64,000 nt of DNA from positions 34,852 through 98,851 of the forward strand of contig CAWDSL010000018.1 in NCBI GenBank assembly GCA_963805015.1. The letters run 5' to 3'. Below the pieces are notes generated by a model. That model had not been told where the DNA came from. It saw nothing but the letters and a program-made list of their open reading frames with translations, and made no database searches. Positions 55,780-64,000 of the stretch are shown here, piece after piece. The first letter of the stretch is position 1. Each line of letters starts with the position of its first letter. The position numbers and the translations under genes were made by a program. The DNA comes from an uncultured bacterium (GTDB lineage: Bacteria; Acidobacteriota; Aminicenantia; Aminicenantales; Saccharicenantaceae).

Positions 55780-58275
55780 ATGCCGAACCGCACGATTCGG
55801 GCCTTCGCGATCCCGAGCCTGTTCTTCGCCGCGGCCGTTCTGGCGGTCCTCGCGGCCTCGTCCCGCGGTCCCCGCCCCGGGCCCGCCGCGCGGAGCGGCG
55901 GTCCCGTTCCCGACCCCGTGACCTGCGTTTGGTCCGGCCGGCCCGCCGACAAGTGGGAGAACGCCTACCCGGTCGGCAACGGCCGGCTCGGGGCCATGGT
56001 CTTCGGCCGGACCGACGAGGAGCGCATTCAGCTCAACGAGGACACTTACTGGACGGGCGGGCCCTACAGCACGACCGTCGAGGGCGGGGCCGAGGCCCTG
56101 CCCGAGCTCCGGCGGCTCATCTTCGAGGAGCGGTTCAAGGAGGCCCACATCCTCTTTGGCCGGCGCTTCCTCGGCTACCCCGTCGAACAACAGAAATACC
56201 AATCGCTCGGCAGCCTGGTCCTGGCCTTCCCGTCCAAGGCGGAGACCGCCGATTATCGCCACGAGCTCGATCTCGACGCGGCCGTCGATACGACGTCATA
56301 CACGCTCGACGGCGTCCGCTTCACGCGACGGGTGTTCTCGAGCCCGGTCGACCAGGTCGTGGTCGTCCGGCTCGAGGCCGGCGCCCCGGGCCGGATCTCG
56401 TTCCGGGCCCAGCTCCGGGGCGAGCGCAACGACGCCCACTCGAACTACGCCACGGACTATTTCCGCATGGACGGAGCCGCCCCCGACGGGCTCGTGGTCC
56501 GCGGCAAGTCGGCCGACTACATGGGCGTCACCGGCCGGCTCCGGTACGAGGCCCGCCTGCGGGCCCGGCCCGAGGGCGGGACGGTCGCGGTCGAAGGGGA
56601 CGAGCTCGTCGTCGCGGGCGCCGACGCCGTGACCTTGCTCATCGCCGCCGCGACGAACTTTGTGAATTACAAGGACGTCTCCGGCGACCCGGCCGCCCGC
56701 GTCGCGGCGGCGCTCGACGGGGCGGTCCGGAAGCCCTTCGACAGCCCTCCTCGAGGACCACCTCCGCGAGCATCGCCGGCTCTTCCGGCGGGTCGCGATC
56801 GCGCTCCCGCTCGGGCCGGCCTCGGACCTCCCGACCGCCGAGCGCATCAAGGCCTTCGACGGGACGAACGATCCGGCCCTGGCCGGGCTGGCCCTTCAGT
56901 TCGGCCGCTACCTCCTCATCTCGTCGTCGCGGCCGGGGACGCAGCCGGCCAACCTCCAGGGCCTGTGGAACGACAAGATGAATCCCCCCTGGGATTCGAA
57001 GTACACGACCAACATCAACACCGAGATGAACTACTGGCCGGCCGAGGTCGGCAACCTGGCCGAGTGCGCCGAGCCGCTCTTCCGCATGGTCCGGGAGCTC
57101 GCCGATCAGGGCGCCGATGTCGCCCGCGAACATTACGGCGCCCGCGGCTGGGTTTTCCACCAGAACACGGATCTTTGGCGCGTCGCGGCGCCCATGGACG
57201 GCCCGAGCTGGGGCGCCGTTCACGACCGGCGGGGCCTGGCTGGCGACGCACCTGTTCGAACATTACCTTTTCACCGGCGATAAAGACTTCCTCAAGGAGT
57301 ACTACCCGATCCTGAAGGGGAGCGCCGAGTTCTTCCTCGATTTCCTCGTCCCGCATCCGACGCGACGGCTGGCTGGTGACCAACCCGTCCACGTCGCCGG
57401 AGAACTTCCCGGCCGTGCCCGGGGAGAAGCCGTTCTTCGACGAGACCACGACCTTCATGACCACGACCTCGATCTGCGCCGGCTCGACCATCGACATGCG
57501 CATTCTGTTCGAGCTCTTCATGGACGTCGCGACGGCGTCCCACATCCTGGGTGTCGATCAAGACCTTCAGGTCCGGCTCATCGAGGCCGGGAGAAAGCTG
57601 CCCCGGATGCGCATCGGCCGCAAGGGCAACCTCCAGGAGTGGCTCGAGGATTGGGACGAGACGGAGAAAAGCCACCGCCATATCTCGGGACTCTGGGGTC
57701 TGTTCCCCGGCCGGGAGATCACGATGGGGAAGCTCGACGGAGCCGCCAGGGGGGCCCGGGTCGTCCTGGACCAACGGGGCCTCGCCGGCAACGGCTGGTC
57801 GTCGGCCTGGAAGGCGGCCTGCTGGGCCCGCCTCGGCGACGGGGCCAAGGCGCTGGAGAACTTCCGCTACGCCATGAACAACTACACGACCGGCAGCCTG
57901 TTTTCCATCTGCAGCGGCGCCCTCCAGGTCGACGGCGCCCTCGGCTTCAGCGCCGCGATCGCCGAGATGCTGCTTCAGTCTCCAAGCGGCGAGATGGAGT
58001 TCCTGCCCGCCCTGCCCCGCGAGTGGCCCGACGGCGAGGTCCGCGGCCTGCGGGCCCGGGGCGGTTTCGAGGTCGACTTGAAGTGGATGAACGGCCGGCT
58101 GCAGCGGGCGACCATACGGTCCACGATCGGCGGGACATGCCGGGTCCGGATACCATCCGGGATGCGGATCGCGCCCCTCGACGGGCCCGTCAAGCCTTCG
58201 CCATGGTCCGGTGCCGGGGGGGTCGAGTTCGAGACCCGGCCCGGCCGTTCATATATCGTATCGCAGGCCCGATGA
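55780..58275 (+). CDS. GH95 alpha-L-fucosidase/L-galactosidase-like (frameshifts near 56745, 57215, 57360)
   Basis: [54 protein letters not shown]. Confidence 0.92.
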
Positions 58276-58300
58276 ATCGAACCCGAGGAGGCTTCCCGCC

Positions 58301-60584
58301 ATGAAGAGACACTCAAGGACCCTCATCCTGCTCGCCCTCGTCGCCGCGCTCGCCGTCCCGTTCGTCTTGGCCCAAGACAGACCGGCGCCCGCCAAGCCCG
58401 ACCCCAACCTGACCGTCGAGCGCATCTTCGCCGGCCGGGAGTTCGCGGCCGAGCGCTTCGGCCCGGCCCGGTGGATGAGCGACGGGGAGTCCTATACGAC
58501 GCTCGAGCCGAGCGAAGCGGCCAAGGGCGCCCGCGACCTCGTCCTCTACGCGGCCGCTTCGGGGAAGCGCAGCATCCTCGTCCCCGCGGACAAGCTCGTA
58601 CCGCCGGGCGCGTCCGAGCCTCTCGCGATCGAGGATTACGCCTGGTCGCCCGACGGCAGAGTCTTGATCGTCTTCACCAACTCGAAACGGGTCTGGCGGC
58701 AGAACACCCGGGGCGACTTCTGGACCTACGACCTCTCGTCGGGCCGGCTCCGGAGGCTCGGGCGGGACTTCGAGCCCTCGACCCTGATGTTCGCCAAGCT
58801 CTCGCCCGACGGCCGCAAGGCGGCCTACGTCGTCAAGAACGACATCTACGCCGAGGACCTGGCCTCGGGGCGGGTCACCCGGCTGACCCATGACGGGAGC
58901 GCCGACATCATCAACGGGACCTCCGATTGGGTCAACGAGGAGGAGTTCGGCATCCGCGACGGCTTCCGCTGGAGCCCGGACAGCGCGGCCATCGCCTTTT
59001 GGCGGTTCGACACGACGCGCGTCCCCGTCTTCACCATGATCAACAACACCGACAGCCTCTATCCGGTGACGACGGCCTTCAAGCACCCCAAGCCCGGCCA
59101 GCCCAATTCCGCCGTCAAGGCCGGCGTCGTGCCCGTCGCCGGCGGGGATCCCGTCTGGATGAAGACCCCGGGCGATCCGTCCGAGACCTACATCGCCCGG
59201 CTGGAATGGGCGGGGAATTCCCGCGAGGTCGTCCTCCAGCATCTCAACCGCCTGCAGAACACGCTCAGCGTCCTCGTCGGGGACGCCGCCACGGGCGAGG
59301 TCCGGACGGTCTTCACCGATACGGACGAGACCTGGGTCGAGGTCATGGACGACTTCGTCTGGCTCGAAGGCGGCCGTCGGCTGCTGTGGCTCAGCGAGCG
59401 CGACGGCTGGAACCACGCCTACGCCGTGGACCGCAACGGCGGCCCGGTCCGGCTGCTGACGCCGGGGGCTTACGATGTCGTCCGGGTCGACGCCGTCGAC
59501 GAAAAGGGCGGCTGGCTCTACGTCACGGCCTCTCCCGACGACGCGACGAAGCGCTTCCTCTACCGCGTCCGGCTGAACGGCCGGGGGACGCCCGAGCGGG
59601 TCAGCCCCGCCGGGCCGGGCGGCGTCCATAATTACAGCATCTCGCCGTCGGCCCGATGGGCTTTCCACACCTGGGGATCGCTCGACACCCCGACGACGAC
59701 CGAGCTCGTGAGAGCTGCCCAAGGGCGAGACCGTCCGGACGCTCGCGGGGAACGCGGCGCTCAAGGCCAAGGTCGAGGGCTTGGCCCGGCGGCGGGCCGA
59801 GTTCTTCAAGCTCCCGATCGGGGACGGCATCCAGGTCGACGGCTGGCGCCTTCTGCCGCCCGACTTCGATCCGGCCAAGAAGTACCCGCTTCTCGTCTAC
59901 GTCTACGGCGAGCCGGCCGGGCAGACCGTCCAGGACGGCTGGGGCGGCAGCGGCTACCTCTGGCACCTGATGCTGGCCCAGCGGGGCTATATCGTCGCCA
60001 GCTTCGACAACCGCGGCACGCCCGCGCCGCGCGGACGGGCCTGGCGGAAGTCCATCTACCGGCAGATCGGCATCCTGGCCTCGTCCGACCAGGCCGCGGC
60101 CGTCCGGGCGGCCCTGGCCGCCTGGCCGTTCGTCGATCCCGGGCGCGTCGGCGTCTGGGGCTGGAGCGGCGGCGGCTCGATGACCCTCAACGCCATGTTC
60201 CGCCACCCCGACCTGTACAGGGCCGGCATCTCGGTGGCCTCCGTGCCCGACCAGAGGCTCTACGACACGATCTATCAGGAGCGCTACATGGGTCTGCCGG
60301 ACGACAACGCCGAAGGCTACAAGAACGGCTCGCCCATCTCCTTCGCCAAGGACTTGAAGGGCCGGCTGCTCGTCGTCCACGGCACGGGCGACGACAACGT
60401 CCACTACCAGGGCTTCGAGCGCCTCGTCGACGAGCTCGTCGCCCACAACAAGGCCTTCTCCATGCTGGCCTACCCGAACCGCTCGCATGGGATCTACGAG
60501 GGCCGGGGGACGACGCTCCACCTCTACACGATGTTCACGAAGTTCCTCGAGGAGAATCTGCCGCCGGGCGGCGGGACCCGCTAG
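58301..60584 (+). CDS. S9B dipeptidyl peptidase IV, exported (frameshift near 59710)
   Basis: DWVNEEE; GWSGGG; [11 protein letters not shown]; HGTGDDNVH; YPNRSH. Confidence 0.93.
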
Positions 60585-60608
60585 AGGGCGGCGCGAGCGG
60601 CGCGCGGC

Positions 60609-61718
60609 TCAGACGCGCAGGAAGACGTTCTTCTTATATAGGACGTAGAGGACGACCCACTCGACGGCGATCGTCCCGGCGATGAGGACCAGGGGGCCCG
60701 CGTCGCCGGCCAGGCGGGCCAACCCGCCGAACCAGAACCGGCTCGTGAACTCGAAGTCGATCATCCGCGATCCCAGGTAGATCGTGATCGAGTTCAGGCC
60801 GATGACCCGGAGAACGAACGACCACTTCTTCAGGCCCACGACGTCGATGACCAAATAGAAGAGCGCCAGCAGGATGAGCGCGAGGCCGGCGGCGTAGATG
60901 TCGAAGGTCGCCGTCCAGGCTTTCTTGATGATGGGATACCAGCCGCCGAGGACATAGCCCAGGGTCGTGAGGCCGAGCCCGGCCGCGGCCAGGACGACGG
61001 CCTTGCGGTACGCGGCGAGCTTCCCGGACTTGAGCAGCAGGCCGGCCAGCCCGCCCATGAGCGTGACGGACGTCGCCGACAGGACGCAGAGGATGCCCTC
61101 GGGGTCGAAGACCTTGTCGTAGAGCCGTCCGGGGAGAAGCAGGCGGTCGAGCCAGCCGTTGACCGTCCCCTCGGGCGTCAGCACCCCGGCGCCGACGCCC
61201 GGGACGGGAACGAGGAGCTGGACGGCGGCGATCCCGGCCAGGATCCCCGCGGCGGCGGCCAGCCGGCCCCCGAGGCTCCGGACCTTGAGCATGATGAGCG
61301 CCGCGAAGAGATAGGCCAGGCCGATCTGGCCGAGGACGCTGGCGTAGCGCTGCGTGGCGAACTGGAGGTCCGTCAGGTGGTTGTAGACGAAGCCCAGCAG
61401 GACGAGAAGCAGGGCCCGCTTGACCAGCTTGATGTAGATCGGCCGCTTGTCCGCGGCGGTCTCCGCCTTGGCCAGGAGCGACAAGGGGATGGCCACCCCC
61501 GAGATGAACATGAACAGGGGGAAGATGAGGTCGTAGAAGTGGAAACCGGCCCATTCGGCGTGCTCGAGCTGGACGGCCCAGGCGCGGGCCCAGCCCCAGT
61601 TCGTCACCTCGGCCAGCGACCGGAAGAAGGCGTCACCGCCGATGATCCAGAACATGTCGAAGCCGCGCAGGGCGTCAAGCGAAAGCAGGCGCTTGGGGGC
61701 CGCAGGGGTCGTTTCCAT
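60609..61718 (-). CDS. Heparan-alpha-glucosaminide N-acetyltransferase-like (NagX/DUF5009) membrane protein
   Basis: RLLSLDALRGFDM; HAEW; DLIFPLFMF; DPEGIL; PIIKKAWT; IGLNSI. Confidence 0.9.
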   Translation of the reverse strand: METTPAAPKRLLSLDALRGFDMFWIIGGDAFFRSLAEVTNWGWARAWAVQLEHAEWAGFHFYDLIFPLFMFISGVAIPLSLLAKAETAADKRPIYIKLVKRALLLVLLGFVYNHLTDLQFATQRYASVLGQIGLAYLFAALIMLKVRSLGGRLAAAAGILAGIAAVQLLVPVPGVGAGVLTPEGTVNGWLDRLLLPGRLYDKVFDPEGILCVLSATSVTLMGGLAGLLLKSGKLAAYRKAVVLAAAGLGLTTLGYVLGGWYPIIKKAWTATFDIYAAGLALILLALFYLVIDVVGLKKWSFVLRVIGLNSITIYLGSRMIDFEFTSRFWFGGLARLAGDAGPLVLIAGTIAVEWVVLYVLYKKNVFLRV

Positions 61719-61719
61719 G

Positions 61720-62931
61720 TCAATTCTCCTCGAGATCGAAGAGCAAGCGGGCGGAGGCCGCGCCGCCTTTCGCTTCGCGGGCGTAGAAGGCGGCTTCGAT
61801 CGAGCCCAGCGGGGTCAAGGCCAGGCCCCGGGACTTCCCGTCGATCAGGCGCTGGAGGACGACGGCCGGGATGGTCAAGTAGGTTTTGGCGCCGTCCCCG
61901 GCCGCGACCGGCCGATCGATGATTGGCTGAGGGTTCAACACCAGCTCTCGCGGCGCTCCGCGAAAGATCGACGACCACGAGGCCGTTCGCTCGTCCCAAG
62001 CGGGATCGCCGCCGAGGGCCTCGACGACGCGGAGAAGGCCGAAATCGGGACGCTCCGTCGTCGCTGCCTCGAGGGCCCGCGTCGTGAGCTCCAGGAGGCC
62101 CGAGCCCGCGACCTTCCGTCCGGCGATCCGGCGGAGGTCCCAGCGCAGGAGGACGAGCCGCGTCCCGCCGACCGAGACGACGGCCGCTTCGCCGCCGCCG
62201 TCGCGGATCGCCCAATCGTTCAGGTTGACGGAGGGCTCGCCGAGGTCGACGGTCAGGTCGCCGGCGACGGGGAGGGCGTGGGCGAACGAGGCGGGGTCGG
62301 CGACCGGCGGATGGTAGGGGACGGGCGGGCCCAGGTCGGGACCGGATTTCGTGACCTCGACGACGTCGACCTTGAAATAGTCGACGTCGACGCGGTAGCG
62401 GCCGAGGCCCCAGTCCATCAGGGCCATCTGGGCGTTGACCGTGTCGCCTGGCTCCGCTTTGAAATCCCGGGTGGTCAGGCTGATCGTGGTCCAGCGGCCC
62501 GCCTCGGCCAGGTCGTATTCCATGAGGTGGCTATGGAAATCCGTCGTTTTCTGGGTGTTGAGGTGGAGGTTGACCCGCCGCGGGGCGTGGTCGGTCCGGA
62601 TGCGGGCCTCGATCCGCAGCTCGAAGCCGGGTTTCCCCAGACGGGCCAGGTCGAGCGCGGCCGAGACGTCCCGCTTGATGAAGGCCCACCAGACGTTGCG
62701 GACGTCCCGGGTCGCGTCGACGACGATGGTGGCGAAGCCGGGACCTTGGACGAAGTCCATGACCGCCCGGCCTTCGCCCGTGACCCAGGTCCAGCCGGCC
62801 GCGCCGGCGGGATCGACGGCGAGCTTCGGCCCGTCGAAGCCGTCCCGGAACTGGGCGCCGAGGGGGGCGGCCAGGAACGCCCCGATCGATAAGAGCCGGG
62901 CCGTCCGGAGGCAGGCGGTGGGGAAATTCAC
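61720..62931 (-). CDS. Exported hypothetical protein (beta-sandwich; DNRLRE/CBM96-like C-terminus)
   Basis: GTG start and signal-like N-terminus; LLRWDL...GLLEL and WDERTASW pattern. Confidence 0.55.
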   Translation of the reverse strand: MNFPTACLRTARLLSIGAFLAAPLGAQFRDGFDGPKLAVDPAGAAGWTWVTGEGRAVMDFVQGPGFATIVVDATRDVRNVWWAFIKRDVSAALDLARLGKPGFELRIEARIRTDHAPRRVNLHLNTQKTTDFHSHLMEYDLAEAGRWTTISLTTRDFKAEPGDTVNAQMALMDWGLGRYRVDVDYFKVDVVEVTKSGPDLGPPVPYHPPVADPASFAHALPVAGDLTVDLGEPSVNLNDWAIRDGGGEAAVVSVGGTRLVLLRWDLRRIAGRKVAGSGLLELTTRALEAATTERPDFGLLRVVEALGGDPAWDERTASWSSIFRGAPRELVLNPQPIIDRPVAAGDGAKTYLTIPAVVLQRLIDGKSRGLALTPLGSIEAAFYAREAKGGAASARLLFDLEEN

Positions 62932-62941
62932 GTTCGCCGGC

Positions 62942-63424
62942 TCAGAGCTTGTAGCCGATCTTGCGCAGGAAGCCCTTGCGCCACTCGATGCCGTCCGGTC
63001 CCTCGATGGCTTTCGTCCTCACGCCGTCGACGACGCCGAGGATGGCCCGGCCCTGCCCGGTCTCGGCGACGACGACCTCGGCCGGATTGGCCGTGGCGCA
63101 GTAGATGCCGCAGACCTCGGGCACGGCCTTGACCGCGTTGAGGATGTTGACCGGGAAGCCGCCGGTCAGGAAGATGAAGAACGAGTGTCCTGCGCCCACG
63201 GCCATGGCGTTCTTCACGGCGATCGCGACGAGCGCCTCGTCGTTCCCGGTGTGGCGGACGAGGGCCAGGCCCGACGACTCGCAGAAGGCGATTCCGAATT
63301 TCATGTGCGGCGCGGTCGTGACAATGGCCTCGTGGAGGTCCTCGACCGTCTTGATGAAGTGGGCCTGGCCGAGGATGAAGTTCATGTCCTCGGGCTTCTC
63401 GACGGGGATAGCCTTGATGTCCAT
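62942..63424 (-). CDS. Adenosine-specific kinase family (DUF355/PAE2307-like) protein
   Basis: NFILGQAHFIKTVEDLHE; FGIAFCESSG; GHSF; IYCATANP; GVVDG; IGYKL. Confidence 0.9.
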   Translation of the reverse strand: MDIKAIPVEKPEDMNFILGQAHFIKTVEDLHEAIVTTAPHMKFGIAFCESSGLALVRHTGNDEALVAIAVKNAMAVGAGHSFFIFLTGGFPVNILNAVKAVPEVCGIYCATANPAEVVVAETGQGRAILGVVDGVRTKAIEGPDGIEWRKGFLRKIGYKL

Positions 63425-63477
63425 GGTTCCCTCCTCGGATGGGCTGGGCCCATTATAGGACCGGGCCGCCCCCGGCA

Positions 63478-64000
63478 TCAACGGCTTTCGGGGAGCGGCT
63501 TCTTCCGGAAGGCGGCGGCCAGGATCAGGATGGCCCCTAGGATCAGGGCGGCGTCGATGGCTACGCCGAGCCGGAAGACGCCCGTTATCCCATAGAAAAG
63601 CCCGGTGAGGCCGAGGGCCAGGCCGACGGCCCGGGAATCCAAGCCGCCGGCGATGAGCGCCAGCCCGATGACGATGGACAGGGTCGGACAGGGGATGAGG
63701 CCGGTGGGGGCCAGGTAAAGGTAGGCCGTGACCGGCGCGCCGTCCAGGAAATGCGGATAGAACCAGCCGAAGAGGAAGAGCGCGATCCCCGGCGCCAGGA
63801 GGCCCGCCGGCGCAATACGGATCTTCTCTTCGGGCAGCCGTCCGGAGACGATCAGGAGCAGGATCCAGAGGGCCGCGAAGACGAGGCCGTTGAACGGATT
63901 CCCCTCGATCCAGGCGACCGCGCTCACGGAGAGGAACGGCAGGGCGAGGAACCGGCCGGCGCTCTTCTTCGAGGGACGGACGCCCGCGAGGAGGGCCACA
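63478..64000 (-). CDS. Hypothetical integral membrane protein, truncated by the window end
   Basis: Several TM segments; GNPFNG, FYPHF and GLIPCPT motifs. Confidence 0.7.
   Translation of the reverse strand, partial: VALLAGVRPSKKSAGRFLALPFLSVSAVAWIEGNPFNGLVFAALWILLLIVSGRLPEEKIRIAPAGLLAPGIALFLFGWFYPHFLDGAPVTAYLYLAPTGLIPCPTLSIVIGLALIAGGLDSRAVGLALGLTGLFYGITGVFRLGVAIDAALILGAILILAAAFRKKPLPESR

Overview
High-GC bacterial chromosomal window with about 47 genes. The gene content (many exported peptidases and glycoside hydrolases, lipoproteins, TolC/RND, OM beta-barrels) fits a diderm peptide- and glycan-degrading bacterium. An Aminicenantes/Acidobacteriota-like anaerobe is my inference only. I saw no rRNA, tRNA, CRISPR array, integrase or transposase. 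About 23 genes are broken by single-base indels, clustered at ~12-35.6 kb while 35.9-52.6 kb is clean; this looks like long-read consensus error, so those genes are reported as reconstructed CDSs with approximate junctions. Main content in order: YdbH-like bridge protein plus YnbE/YdbL-like fusion; AraC/GyrI pair; GH106; DUF5916; MFS; ABC-2 exporter; tandem-HTH MerR plus B12 radical SAM divergent from a ChoD-like GMC oxidoreductase; lipase-glpK-GH116; ECF sigma/ZAS anti-sigma operon; M24; an M14 pair; CorA; TolC-MFP-RND; pyrE; GH127 plus an orphan GH-like protein; OCD-family, fused Ser dehydratase and M1 peptidase; GntR; GH95; DPP-IV; HGSNAT-like. Most notable leads: (1) two diverged copies of a ~130 bp non-coding element (GGGGTCGGAC plus IHF consensus), inverted around pyrE-paaI; (2) the MerR/B12-rSAM/GMC module with a nested-palindrome operator; (3) a pseudo-enzyme plus active-enzyme M14 pair; (4) a candidate ECF regulon that includes two signal-peptide-bearing SAM methyltransferases; (5) a sigma54-type promoter with RBS and ATG firing antisense into the anti-sigma gene.
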